From contig OY769902.1 of assembly GCA_963669175.1 (NCBI GenBank), forward strand, positions 256,001 through 320,000: a stretch of DNA of 64,000 bases, written 5' to 3'. Within the stretch, counting starts at the first letter, position 1. Each line of letters opens with the position of its first letter. The translations under genes were made by a program, and so were the position numbers. The stretch is from a bacterium. Its GTDB lineage: Bacteria; Electryoneota; Electryoneia; Electryoneales; Electryoneaceae. Under the pieces are notes generated by a model, which saw only the letters and a list, made by a program, of their open reading frames with translations, made no database searches and was not told the origin of the DNA. Shown here in pieces: positions 1 through 10,365 of this stretch.

Positions 1-1317
1 GGAACGGTGTACATAGCCGCGACGTTTCTGCGTTACCGACCCCCTGAGTATGATCTCGCCACGTTCATCCTGGTTTCCCGGGTGTTCCCCCAGCGGATCG
101 CACCACCTGTACTCATCCCAGGTATCATTCTGATGTTCGAAGGTAAACGATTCACCCAGGGCAACAATGGCTGCGGTGATCATAATATGTGATCCGTCAT
201 GATTCCCCTGGGATGCGTGCAACCCATTCCCCTGCCCATTGGCTGGAGTATCCTTGATGATAATTTGCCCCTCGCTGACCAACCCGAGCATGTACAGGCT
301 GGAAAGGGTCTCGTTCGGTTCATCCAGGGGAACATCCGCCAGCTTGATATTGTCGATCAGTTCCATGCTTCCGCTACACCCGACAGTTGTCACCCCACTA
401 ACCTGCTCGCCATATATTTCCAGGTCACCATCGACAAATACAATGTTGTGGTAAGGAATGAGATTCTCGAAAACGATCATGGCAGAATCATAAGGTTCAC
501 CACGAATATACTGTTGCAGCATCCACCCGGCTTCTATTCCCTTCATCCGGGTCATCCGCGTACCCACATAATCATGATAATAGTGGCCCATGGAAATTGC
601 GCAGTTTCGAACATTTTCAGCGTATGACGGGAAATGCACTTCGGGCGCGTTGAAGATTGGTTCATAGGTGAAATGCGGACTGTACCCCGCGCCCTGAATA
701 AAGGCTTCCGCACACGTACTGACCGGACCGTTAAAGGTCGGCGCGTATTTTATGCCTATCCTGTCATTGGAGTGGGTGCGCCCCGTCAATACATCAGGCG
801 TCCAGAACCAGATAATCTCATTGTATTCTGTGAGTTCCCGGTCGGTCAGGTACAGGTAGTTGGCGTAGGTGCGAAGGTGTGCGCGCATGGTGACCTGGCG
901 GGTAACCTCATTGACTCCACCGAGGGGTTCTTTGACTTCCACTTTGCCACGCGCACTCAAGTCATACGACCAGCTTGTATAAAAAACATTGCTCTCCTGG
1001 GAAGCATCAATAACACGCGACACTTTCACATGATCATACTCCCCGATGATATCACCATTCGTGTTCCGCATGACCCCGGGATGCAGGTATTCCACTCCCG
1101 GCGGCAACTGGCATTCGGGACGGCTTCTCAATTCTCCCAGCGCTTCATTCAACACTCCATACTGCGCCACATACAACGCCTGCGAATGCGCCAGAGAAAC
1201 CTGCCCCTGGTATTTCTCCGCAACCGCCCAGGACATGAACGCAATACTGGTCGCCAAAAGGAAAAGAACCATCAGGATAGCATGAAGAAACAAGGAACCA
1301 CGTCTCATGCGCAACAT
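1..1317 (-). CDS. PilX-like / DUF4900-type pilus assembly or competence protein (3' end runs off the window)
   Basis: Manual translation of the minus strand from ATG 1317 (purine-rich RBS GAGCAGGGGG) stays open to position 1: MLRMRRGSLFLHAILMVLFLL...ALYVAQYG (PilX-like N-terminus), YLYLTDRE...WFWTPDVLTGRTHSND, GSVTQKRRGYVHRS. It is missing from the ORF track because no stop lies inside the window. Confidence 0.7.
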   Translation of the reverse strand, partial: MLRMRRGSLFLHAILMVLFLLATSIAFMSWAVAEKYQGQVSLAHSQALYVAQYGVLNEALGELRSRPECQLPPGVEYLHPGVMRNTNGDIIGEYDHVKVSRVIDASQESNVFYTSWSYDLSARGKVEVKEPLGGVNEVTRQVTMRAHLRTYANYLYLTDRELTEYNEIIWFWTPDVLTGRTHSNDRIGIKYAPTFNGPVSTCAEAFIQGAGYSPHFTYEPIFNAPEVHFPSYAENVRNCAISMGHYYHDYVGTRMTRMKGIEAGWMLQQYIRGEPYDSAMIVFENLIPYHNIVFVDGDLEIYGEQVSGVTTVGCSGSMELIDNIKLADVPLDEPNETLSSLYMLGLVSEGQIIIKDTPANGQGNGLHASQGNHDGSHIMITAAIVALGESFTFEHQNDTWDEYRWCDPLGEHPGNQDERGEIILRGSVTQKRRGYVHRS

Positions 1318-1536
1318 ACATCCCCCTGCTCAGTAATATGACTTATCGGGCACACCTTACGGCCTGAGTCCGAATATGAATCCGTATCAACTGGGGATGC
1401 GTTATGAATGTTTATGTGCGGGGGTGTGCTGTCGCTGCTTCCCCCTCCAGGAATGCGCGACAGTGTTTATTAAACTAGCAATCTGATAACGCAAAATGCA
1501 ATGCTGTGAGAGCGAAAAGAGTTCTATCTACATAAC

Positions 1537-1571
1537 AATCCGGGACTGATCAATGAGATCAGTCCCGGGTT
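1537..1571 (-). terminator. Hairpin downstream of the HEAT-repeat gene (probable terminator)
   Basis: CCGGGACTGATC-aatga-GATCAGTCCCGG inverted repeat about 20 nt after the stop; U-tract is weak. Confidence 0.5.
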
Positions 1572-1592
1572 CCATGGTAAACATGATCTATT

Positions 1593-2144
1593 TTAATGAT
1601 CCTGCTGGTCTGTGTGGTTTTCTGTCAGTTTCTGCCGAACATGGGCTGCCAGGATCGTTATTTCTTCCTGGTTCAGGCTGTTGTCCAACGCATGCAGCAA
1701 CGGCGACAGGTTCAAATAAGAATGCTCATCGTTCAGCGCAGTTAAGACATGATGGGCACCACGACGCAAGCGAACCGATTCCGGGTAGTTGATCAGTGCT
1801 GTCAACAGGGGCACAAGCGTCTCACTACCGATACTGATCAGTCCTTTGGCAGCCATCCAGGCGATATCCGAATCATCATCCCAAAGCAGGTTGACAAGGT
1901 TCGGAATTGATTCCCCATCTCCGATCTCGCTGATCGTCCTCACAACTTCCCACCGGGTTATGGTGTCTTTCGTTTCCAACATGGGCAGGAGAATATGAGT
2001 TACCTGTGACCCCTTGGCTACCAGTGCTTCACGTGCCATCTGACGAACCTTGCCATCACGGCTGCTCAGCAGGCCAATGACATCGTTAATAGATTTCTTA
2101 CTCCTGGACCGGGAAGTTTCTGTTGCTGTCTGTAGGTTTTCCAT
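1593..2144 (-). CDS. HEAT/PBS-lyase repeat protein
   Basis: Repeats of the type VRQMAREAL, TRWEVVRTISEIGD, IAWMAAKGLISIG. Start moved to ATG 2144 after the RBS AAGGAGAAGG. Confidence 0.8.
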   Translation of the reverse strand: MENLQTATETSRSRSKKSINDVIGLLSSRDGKVRQMAREALVAKGSQVTHILLPMLETKDTITRWEVVRTISEIGDGESIPNLVNLLWDDDSDIAWMAAKGLISIGSETLVPLLTALINYPESVRLRRGAHHVLTALNDEHSYLNLSPLLHALDNSLNQEEITILAAHVRQKLTENHTDQQDH

Positions 2145-2178
2145 GATCCTTCTCCTTTCTTCGGGACAAGTCCCGTCT

Positions 2179-4608
2179 CTATCGTGCGAAAAGAATATCT
2201 TCGTGATCAAGCAATTTGTAAGCAGCCACCTTCACACCATCAGTGATCAGGAAAGCCGCAATGGCATACCCCCATACCAGCATGGCATTCTCCCAACCGA
2301 TAGGCGTGACATACCAGCCATAAACGGCGACAAGCGTTGCCAATACCTTGGTGGCAATGGCGGACCAAAGCAGGGTATTGCTGGGGCGTATGGACCAGAA
2401 CGGCCCACGGGTACGCGTGATGAACAGCGTCAAATGTCCGGCCACAGCCAGTTTCAGGAAGATGAACGACTGGATGGCGTCATGGTTCAGGCCCAGCACA
2501 CGCAAGCCGATGTAGAAAATCCCGAAGCTCGAAATGACGCCGATTACACCAAGCAGGGTGGACATACTCAGGATCACCCGCATGTTCCACTTCTCCGGGA
2601 ACTGGGACTGCTTTACACGGTCGTTGGCGATTGCCATGATCGGAGCATCATTGAATAATGCCAGCAGCACAATCATGATGGCGCTGACCGGGTAGAAGTG
2701 GAATACGATGATGGACAACGTGATAAACAGCAACACACGTATCGTCTCAGCGATACGGTAAATAGCGTAACTGTTCATCCGTTGGAATGTGTTCCGGCTT
2801 TCCTTGATAGCATCAATAATGACCGAAAGCCCCGGACTGGTCAGCACAATATCCGCCGCATTCTGAGCGACTTCCGTTGCGCCGGAAACTGCTATACCGA
2901 TATCAGCACGTTTCAAAGCCGGGGCGTCATTCACGCCATCCCCGGTCATGCCTGTGATATGGTTATTCTGCTGAAGCGACTCGACGATATCATACTTCTG
3001 CTGGGGGAATACTTCGGCAAAACCATCCGCCTCTTCAACACTGCGCAACTGCTTCCTGTCCTTCTGATCATCCAGGCTGGATGCGCTGACAATGTCGGTC
3101 CCCAAACCGATATCTTCAGCGGTCTGACGAGCGATTGCCGTATGGTCACCGGTGATCATCTTTACCTGGATGCCCATCTCGGAAGCAGTTTTTAATGTCT
3201 GCTTCGTATCCTCCCGTGGCGGATCAAACAACGCCAGCACACCGTCAATCTGCCAGTCCCGATCAGGCGTCTTCGATGCGACAGCCAGCGCACGGTAGCC
3301 CTTCTTGCTATAGGTCTCAACCTGCGCATTCAAGGTTTCCACATCTTGACGACGAACCCCTTCCAAAGCGGCGATGACCTGCGCAGCGCCCTTGGAAACA
3401 GTGATTCTCTGCCCCTCGACTGTCACATCCGCCTCGGTGCGTTTCTGAACCGGGTCAAACGGCGTGAAGTGGAGAAGGTGTGCTTTGTCCAGTTTTCCGG
3501 ACATAGCATCATACTTCTTCGCAGCTTCGAAGATGGCGGAATCGATGGGATCATCATTTTCTTCCCGTGACGCCAGCGATGCCAGGAACAGGAGGTCTTC
3601 ATCCGTATTGCTGCCCAGTGGTGTAGCATCTACCAGGGACAGCTCGTTTTTCGTCAATGTGCCTGTTTTATCGGAACAGAGGACATCCATCCCGGCCAGT
3701 TCCTCGATTGCCACCAACCTGCGGACAACAGCCTGACGTTTGGCCAGGTTATATGCGCCAATCGCCATCGTTACCGACATCACAGCCGGTAAAGCCACCG
3801 GGATGGCGGCCACGGTCAAGACGAGGGCAAATTGTATCGTGTCCAGCATGTTTTCCGAACGGAACAGGGCGATGATCACAATCAGGGCAACCAACGCCAC
3901 CGCAAGCACAATCAGGTAATCGCCAATCTTGTATACAGCCTTCTGGAAATGACTTCGGGGTTGTTCATCGCTGACCAGTTGCGCCGTCTTTCCGAAAAAC
4001 GTGTTCTCGCCAGTTTTAGTGACGATCGCTTCCATTTCGCCCTGTCGCACCAGTGATCCTGAATAGGCGGAATCATCGTTGTGCTTTTCAACAGGAAGCG
4101 CTTCCCCGGTCAGGGCGGACTCATCTACCAGCAGGTAATCGCCGTTCATCAGGTTCACATCCGCCGGGATAATATCGCCGGGACGAATGCGCACCAGATC
4201 ACCGGGAACCAGATTCGCTGCGGATTGGGTTGACCATGCACCATCTCGCTTGACACGAGCGTGAAGAGCCATCCGATCCTTCAGCATGGCAATGGTCTTT
4301 TCCGCTTTGAACTCCTGCCAGAATCCTACGATAGCATTCAGCAGCAAGAGTGCTACAATAATCGCAAGGTCTTCCCAGTGATGAATAACAGCGGAAAGGA
4401 TTGCAGCCGTTTCTATCATCCAGGGGATAGGCCCCCAGAAATAAGCCAGCAGTTTTCGAAGCGGGCTCTTTTTATCTTCACGCAGGGTATTGGGGCCGTA
4501 TTGGGCCAACCGTTGCTCGGCCTCTTGCCGGGTTAATCCCTGCTGTGAAGGATGATTAAGGTCCGGTAGTTCCGGCTCCTTTTCGGTATCGGGTTTTTGC
4601 GTTTTCAT
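2179..4608 (-). CDS. Plasma-membrane proton-efflux P-type ATPase (type IIIA)
   Basis: DKTGTLT phosphorylation site, TGEA actuator motif, GDGVNDAPALK, FWGPIPWMIE, IPVALPAV and ALFND (conserved proton-acceptor Asp of P3A pumps). Start at ATG 4608 after GGGAGAA. Confidence 0.93.
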   Translation of the reverse strand: MKTQKPDTEKEPELPDLNHPSQQGLTRQEAEQRLAQYGPNTLREDKKSPLRKLLAYFWGPIPWMIETAAILSAVIHHWEDLAIIVALLLLNAIVGFWQEFKAEKTIAMLKDRMALHARVKRDGAWSTQSAANLVPGDLVRIRPGDIIPADVNLMNGDYLLVDESALTGEALPVEKHNDDSAYSGSLVRQGEMEAIVTKTGENTFFGKTAQLVSDEQPRSHFQKAVYKIGDYLIVLAVALVALIVIIALFRSENMLDTIQFALVLTVAAIPVALPAVMSVTMAIGAYNLAKRQAVVRRLVAIEELAGMDVLCSDKTGTLTKNELSLVDATPLGSNTDEDLLFLASLASREENDDPIDSAIFEAAKKYDAMSGKLDKAHLLHFTPFDPVQKRTEADVTVEGQRITVSKGAAQVIAALEGVRRQDVETLNAQVETYSKKGYRALAVASKTPDRDWQIDGVLALFDPPREDTKQTLKTASEMGIQVKMITGDHTAIARQTAEDIGLGTDIVSASSLDDQKDRKQLRSVEEADGFAEVFPQQKYDIVESLQQNNHITGMTGDGVNDAPALKRADIGIAVSGATEVAQNAADIVLTSPGLSVIIDAIKESRNTFQRMNSYAIYRIAETIRVLLFITLSIIVFHFYPVSAIMIVLLALFNDAPIMAIANDRVKQSQFPEKWNMRVILSMSTLLGVIGVISSFGIFYIGLRVLGLNHDAIQSFIFLKLAVAGHLTLFITRTRGPFWSIRPSNTLLWSAIATKVLATLVAVYGWYVTPIGWENAMLVWGYAIAAFLITDGVKVAAYKLLDHEDILFAR

Positions 4609-5379
4609 CAGACTTCTCCCTGGGATGTTTTCCCTAAAGGGAACAGACATCCTATCCTTGTTTATGTACTAGTGGACCATTACATCAGCAATAGACCACC
4701 AGATAGGTCATGGATAAGCAGGAAATGAGGTACACGTGATGTGGTGACCTGATGGTCGGGGTGCAGCGTCCAGGCAATGAAAACTGTCTGGGCGTTGGCG
4801 AATTGGATCCGAATTCGTAACTCGGCCACCCCGCCAACCATGCCCTTCTTGTTCTAACCGTTTTACGGATCGGCAAAATGGTCGTTCCGTACGTTTGAAA
4901 ACAATTTCCCAGATCCGAGCAAACGCTTGTCGGGATTAGTATTTAGCAGCTTCATACTGATTGACGGATTGGTAGAATCGGGTACGCTGGGCGCTGATAT
5001 ACGAAAATCGCCGTTCTGAAGAGAGAACACATACCAAGGTTGATTTTTTAGACCAGGGTAGAGACACAAAAAAACTATGACTGACGAGTACAATTATTCT
5101 TGTGTTTGAAGAAATAGTCCTAGGATTCCTGTCAATACTACCGTATTATAGAGTAGTTGTGCGTTTGTCGTGGAACGTATTCCGCATTTGGCGATAACCG
5201 GTTGCATGTTTGCCAGTTTGCTGCTTGAACTCGCATTTCATCCTCATCCTTCCCATTTGCTTTTCACGAGAACAATCCTTGCCATTGATAGAATTAGTAA
5301 TTGCATCAGATGCTAACGGCATCCAAACATTGCGGCTTATTTATTATGCCTCAATCCACACTTACAATGCGAGAACCCA

Positions 5380-6864
5380 TTGAACGTCCTTCTGATTTAC
5401 CCGGCTTTTCCGGATACGTTTTGGAGTTTCAAACACGCCCTGAAGTTTGTATCCCGTAAAGCGACAGCACCTCCCTTGGGACTTCTTACGATTGCGGCGA
5501 TGCTTCCTCGAGAGTGGAACCTCCGTGTTGTCGATATGGCAGTCGAAAAACTGAAGGAATCTCACCTCGTCTGGGCGGATATGGCCATGATCAGCGCGAT
5601 GCTGGTTCAGCGTGAATCAACCGAACAGGTGGTTGGCCGGTGTAAAGATCATAACCTGACTGTAGTCGCTGGCGGACCGTTATTCACAGCTTATTCTGAT
5701 GAATTCAGCGAATCAGGCATTGATCATTTTATTCTGAATGACGGTGAAGCCACATTGCCACGTTTTCTGGAAGACTGGCAGAATGGCTGTCCGGAAGCTG
5801 TCTATTCTGAAGCAACCATGCCGTCGATGCAAACCACACCAGCGCCACGCTGGGATCTGGTAAATCTGCGGAAGTACGCAGAAGTCAACATTCAATACTC
5901 TCGTGGTTGTCCATTTGACTGTGATTTCTGTGATATTGGAGTGTTGTTTGGCCGGAAAATTCGAACAAAAACTAAGGAACAGATCCTGGCAGAACTGGAT
6001 GCGCTACATGCCCTGAAATGGAAAGGCAATATTTTCTTTGTTGATGACAACTTTATCGGCAACAAACCCAAACTGAAAAAAGAGCTGCTTCCTGCAATTC
6101 ATACCTGGCAGAAGAAGCATGGTTTTCCGTTTACCTTCAGCACAGAAGCCTCCATTGATCTTGCTGATGACGCCGAGCTGCGATCCCTGATGATTGTGTG
6201 CGGTTTTACATCTGTTTTCATCGGAATCGAAACCGTCAACGAGGCATCCCTGCAGGAATGCAATAAACTGCACAACCAGAACCGTGACACCATGGAATGT
6301 ATCCGTACCATTCATGACAGCGGTATGATGGTTAAAGGCGGCTTTATTGTCGGTTTTGATAATGACGAGACTAACATTTTCGATGCGCTGGTAAATTTCA
6401 TTCAGAACAGCGGTATTGTCACCGCCATGGTCGGCTTGTTGAATGCGCCAAAAGGGACACAATTATATAACCGGTTGCTGAACGAAAACAGAATTATCGG
6501 AAACATGTCCGGTAATAATACCGACGCCAGCATAAACTTCATTCCAAAAATGGATGTTGCTGAACTGATCAACGGGTACAAGAAAGTTATCGAAGAACTG
6601 TACACCCCGAAAGAATACTACAAACGAGTAAGGCAATTCCTGAAAGACTATCATCCGATCAAGCTTAAAATCAGACCAAATATCGGCCCAAAAGAAGTAT
6701 CCGCCTTCTTAAAATCAATTTTTGTTCTGGGTATGATTGAAAAAGAGCGATTCCATTATTGGCGTCTGCTGTTCTGGACTATCCGCAAACGTCCGGCTCT
6801 GTTCGCGCAGGCAGTAACTTTAACGATTTACGGTTTTCACTTCAGGAAGGTTTTTGAGCTCTAG
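5380..6864 (+). CDS. B12-binding radical SAM protein (class B, DUF4070/HpnP-like)
   Basis: N-terminal cobalamin-binding domain (PPLGLLTIAA, VVAGGP), SRGCPFDCDFC (CxxxCxxC), FFVDDNFIGN, GFIVGFDND. Confidence 0.9.
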   Translation: MNVLLIYPAFPDTFWSFKHALKFVSRKATAPPLGLLTIAAMLPREWNLRVVDMAVEKLKESHLVWADMAMISAMLVQRESTEQVVGRCKDHNLTVVAGGPLFTAYSDEFSESGIDHFILNDGEATLPRFLEDWQNGCPEAVYSEATMPSMQTTPAPRWDLVNLRKYAEVNIQYSRGCPFDCDFCDIGVLFGRKIRTKTKEQILAELDALHALKWKGNIFFVDDNFIGNKPKLKKELLPAIHTWQKKHGFPFTFSTEASIDLADDAELRSLMIVCGFTSVFIGIETVNEASLQECNKLHNQNRDTMECIRTIHDSGMMVKGGFIVGFDNDETNIFDALVNFIQNSGIVTAMVGLLNAPKGTQLYNRLLNENRIIGNMSGNNTDASINFIPKMDVAELINGYKKVIEELYTPKEYYKRVRQFLKDYHPIKLKIRPNIGPKEVSAFLKSIFVLGMIEKERFHYWRLLFWTIRKRPALFAQAVTLTIYGFHFRKVFEL

Positions 6865-6906
6865 TGAACCAGTTTATTCGCCTGATATTGATTGCGATAG
6901 ACATAG

Positions 6907-6932
6907 CAAAGCCCCGCAAATGCGGGGCTTTG
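6907..6932. terminator. Bidirectional intrinsic terminator
   Basis: CAAAGCCCCGCA-aa-TGCGGGGCTTTG between convergent genes. Confidence 0.8.
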
Positions 6933-6963
6933 ACGTGAATGAATGATCAAATTGAGCAACTGG

Positions 6964-7650
6964 CTACTTCTTGATCGGACTGTCCTTCATACACAGGAAC
7001 CAGTCCAGGCACTCATAGTCATCACCGGCGCCATCGACACGGTCTTTCGCGGTGCCGCAGGAACCCGGAGGCGGGATGATAACCTTGTCTTCCGGGGTCC
7101 AGTTGGCCGGGGTGGCGACACCGTACTCATCGGAAGTCTGCATCGCGATCAGGAGACGCTTGATCTCCTGCATGTTGCGACCATTGGACAGCGGGTAGTA
7201 CAGGATCGCACGCACGATGCCGTTGGGATCAATGATAAATACCGCGCGTACCGCCTGGGTTGTACTTGCAGCCGGTTGCAGCATGCCGAACGCCTTGGAT
7301 ACATCCATCTTCAGGTCACTGATGACCGGGAATTTGACTTCCACGCCCTTCATGCCTTTGAACTCGATCTTTTCCTGGATCGTACGCAACCACGCGATAT
7401 GGCTGTACGTACTGTCGATCGAAAGGCCCAGCAGTTCGGCGTTCAGTTCCTTGAACTCATCCGCCATGCTGGCAAAGGTCATGAATTCGGTGGTGCATAC
7501 CGGGGTAAAATCGGCCGGATGCGAGAAAAAGATGACCCACTTGCCCTTATAGTCCTGCGGAAAATGAATCTCACCCTGTGTGGTTTCAGCGACAAACTCA
7601 GGCGCCGGTTCGCCAATCAACGGCATCCGTACTCTTTCTTCTTCACCCAT
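6964..7650 (-). CDS. Peroxiredoxin (Prx6 / archaeal TPx-like)
   Basis: FSHPADFTPVCTTE peroxidatic motif, YYPLSNGRN, TPANW and C-terminal CLDWFLC. Confidence 0.93.
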   Translation of the reverse strand: MGEEERVRMPLIGEPAPEFVAETTQGEIHFPQDYKGKWVIFFSHPADFTPVCTTEFMTFASMADEFKELNAELLGLSIDSTYSHIAWLRTIQEKIEFKGMKGVEVKFPVISDLKMDVSKAFGMLQPAASTTQAVRAVFIIDPNGIVRAILYYPLSNGRNMQEIKRLLIAMQTSDEYGVATPANWTPEDKVIIPPPGSCGTAKDRVDGAGDDYECLDWFLCMKDSPIKK

Positions 7651-7811
7651 CTTTACTTCCTCCTCACTTGCGTGTAATGGTCCACTTCATTGTGGATTAT
7701 TTTTTGCCCCCACATTCAACGATGTGTACAACACTTATATTGGGCTAATGTATCTGACTGTCAGGTCACACTCATGAAAAACATGTATTCAAAACCAGAC
7801 GGAACTTGTAC

Positions 7812-9290
7812 TTACTCCTGAGGTGCAGTACCATCCAGGTCTACACTGCTCATATCAATACCCAGCGCTTTGGCAATCCCTTCACCATACGCAGGGTCTG
7901 CTTTGTAACAATGGCGAATATGACGATGCTTGATTACGTCCGGTGCATCACCCATCGCACGAGCGGTGTTGCCGAACAACTGCTCCTGCTGTTCAGAGCT
8001 CATCATGCGGAACAGGTTACCAGGCTGGGTGAAGTAATCTTCATCATCGTTCCGGAAATTCCAATGATCCGCATCGCCGTTGATCTTGAGCGGCGGTTCA
8101 CGGTATTCCGGCTGTTCCGCCCACTGCCCTTCCATATTAGGCTCATAGGCGACTGTAGCGCCGTAATTACCATCAACACGCATCATACCGTCACGATGGT
8201 TACTATACACGGGCACCTTGGCGCGATTGACCGGAATCTGGTTGTGATTTACGCCCAGACGGTACCGATGGGCATCACCGTAGGAGAACAAACGCCCCTG
8301 CAGCATTTTGTCCGGGGAAAATCCTATGCCAGGAACGATATTGGCAGGATTAAAGGCTGATTGTTCAACTTCAGCGAAGTAGTTTTCCGGGTTGCGATTC
8401 AACTCAAGCACACCCACATCAATCAACGGGTAATCCTTGTGCGGCCAAACCTTGGTCAGATCAAAAGGATTAAACGGGAAGTGCTCCGCTTCCTCTTCCG
8501 GGATCACCTGGATCTTCATCTTCCAGCGTGGGAAATCACCTTTTTCAATGCTGCCAAACAGGTCACGCTGGTGACTTTCACGGCACTTGCCTACGACCGC
8601 TTCCGCTTCGGCGTCGGTCATGTTCTTGATGCCCTGATCAGTCTTCAGATGGAACTTGACCCAATACCTCTTGTTGTCGGCGCTGATCAGGCTGAACGTG
8701 TGGCTGCCGTAGCCGTTCATATGACGATAAGACAACGGGATACCACGATCGCTCATGGTAATCGTGATCTGATGCAACGCTTCCGGCAACGAAGTCCAGA
8801 AATCCCAGTTGTTTTTTGCACTGCGGAGATTGGTCTTCGGATCACGTTTGACTGCACGGTTCAGATCCGGGAACTTCAGAGGATCACGCAGGAAAAAGAC
8901 CGGCGTGTTGTTGCCCACCAGGTCCCAGTTCCCCTGGTCCGTGTAGAACTTGATGGCAAAGCCACGGATATCGCGTTCAGCGTCCGCAGCGCCACGTTCT
9001 CCGGCAACTGTTGAAAAGCGGACAAAGACGTCCGTTTTTTTGCCAACCTGTGAAAATACACTGGCTCGCGTGTATTTGGTGATGTCATGTGTGATGGTGA
9101 AAGTGCCGTATGCACCAGAGCCCTTCGCGTGCATGCGACGTTCCGGGATCACTTCCCGGTCAAAATGCGCCAACTTCTCCAGGTACCACACATCCTGCAG
9201 TAACATCGGACCACGCGGCCCCGCCGAAAGCACATTCTGGTTGTCGGCGACAGGCGCGCCAACACTGTTGGTCTGCTTCTTTTTACTCAT
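7812..9290 (-). CDS. katA: Monofunctional heme catalase (small subunit)
   Basis: [18 protein letters not shown] distal-His motif, RLFSYGDAH proximal heme-Tyr motif, VGNNTPVFF. Confidence 0.96.
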   Translation of the reverse strand: MSKKKQTNSVGAPVADNQNVLSAGPRGPMLLQDVWYLEKLAHFDREVIPERRMHAKGSGAYGTFTITHDITKYTRASVFSQVGKKTDVFVRFSTVAGERGAADAERDIRGFAIKFYTDQGNWDLVGNNTPVFFLRDPLKFPDLNRAVKRDPKTNLRSAKNNWDFWTSLPEALHQITITMSDRGIPLSYRHMNGYGSHTFSLISADNKRYWVKFHLKTDQGIKNMTDAEAEAVVGKCRESHQRDLFGSIEKGDFPRWKMKIQVIPEEEAEHFPFNPFDLTKVWPHKDYPLIDVGVLELNRNPENYFAEVEQSAFNPANIVPGIGFSPDKMLQGRLFSYGDAHRYRLGVNHNQIPVNRAKVPVYSNHRDGMMRVDGNYGATVAYEPNMEGQWAEQPEYREPPLKINGDADHWNFRNDDEDYFTQPGNLFRMMSSEQQEQLFGNTARAMGDAPDVIKHRHIRHCYKADPAYGEGIAKALGIDMSSVDLDGTAPQE

Positions 9291-9305
9291 CCCTCTACTC
9301 CCCTG

Positions 9306-9785
9306 CTACTTGGTGATGTTGCTCTTTTTAGTTCCCGCTTTTTTCGCACATTTATGACAAACTCCACGGACTTCAACGAGAGTTGACTCGATCTTGCCCA
9401 ACTCATCAACTGAATCCGGAAGATGCAGATTGTTCAATGTTTCACTGATAAAATCGTAGGTATGGCCACATTGAGTGCAGACAAAATGATGATGCTGATC
9501 CAGGTTGGCATCGAAACGCGAACGCTCACGTGACGCGCCGAGGGTCTTGATCAATCCCAGGTCATTCAGAGTCCACAGGGTGCGATACACGGTATCCAGC
9601 GAGATGGTCGGAATACGTTTGCGAACCCCGTGAAATACCGTCTCGGCATCCGGATGATCCTCAGTACCAGCAACCTCACGAAACACTTCCATCCGCTGGT
9701 ATGTGAGCTTAACCCCGGACTCACGACAAACCTCCTCAAATCGCTTCATCCGCTGATCTACAATCTTTTTTCTGAGCTGCACCAT
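9306..9785 (-). CDS. perR: Fur-family transcriptional repressor (PerR-like)
   Basis: HPDAE, ISLDTVYRTL, HHHFVCTQCG and CHKC Zn motifs; first gene of an operon with catalase and peroxiredoxin. Start likely ATG 9785. The symbol is inferred from context. Confidence 0.85.
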   Translation of the reverse strand: MVQLRKKIVDQRMKRFEEVCRESGVKLTYQRMEVFREVAGTEDHPDAETVFHGVRKRIPTISLDTVYRTLWTLNDLGLIKTLGASRERSRFDANLDQHHHFVCTQCGHTYDFISETLNNLHLPDSVDELGKIESTLVEVRGVCHKCAKKAGTKKSNITK

Positions 9786-9797
9786 TTGCCCCCCGAA

Positions 9798-9812
9798 TAA
9801 GAATAATTCTTG
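9798..9812. promoter_or_regulatory. Per/Fur-box-like operator
   Basis: tAAGAAT-A-ATTCTTg palindrome 13 nt upstream of the perR start; resembles the 7-1-7 Per box TTATAATnATTATAA. Confidence 0.55.
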
Positions 9813-10365
9813 AATAGGAATCAATAGTATTAAACTCTATTTGTCAAGCTTAACTTTTCCTTGCTATCCTCCTCCGGAGTCATGGATCGAGCCCGATCCA
9901 TCGTGATATAGTTACCGGATAGCACATATCTTCAATAAGGCTATCGTTCCTGTTGGCATGTTGGGCCCGTTGAAAAACAGTTTCGACATATGCAAATTGA
10001 CTGGGGAAATTCTGTCTTTTTTGGGTGGCAATCCTCGCTTTATGCAAGGGCTACGATCTATCCATGGAAAACAAGAATCAATCACAGGTACACGACAGAA
10101 ACGCCGATGGAAATTCTTACCACGACAACTTCGGCCCATTTTAGAAAAGATTGCTTAACAAATATTATCAACAACTCTTCATATATGCACAAAGAGCAAC
10201 TCTATTTTTGAAATTCGCTTTTTTTTGTTCTTGATTTCATATATATTGAATACGTTTTCAGAAGGCATGTTCTCACTATACACTCCAAGCACCCGTAACC
10301 ATGCGATATTTACAGGATAAACCATCGGATTTTGGATATCCATCTTTTCAGGGAAAGGGAAATAC

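Noticed and set aside
7-1341. Plus-strand ORFs 7-192, 199-627 and 634-1341
   Set aside because: Antisense shadows of the long minus-strand PilX-like frame; no recognisable motifs.
4750-4840. tRNA-like appearance (minus strand starts GGCGGGGTGGCCGAG and ends ACCA)
   Set aside because: No T-loop (GTTCRA), no canonical D or anticodon arms; kept only as an unassigned structured RNA candidate.
5380-6864. Assignment as hopanoid C-2 methylase hpnP
   Set aside because: Family-level similarity only and no hopanoid genes nearby; the substrate cannot be read from sequence.
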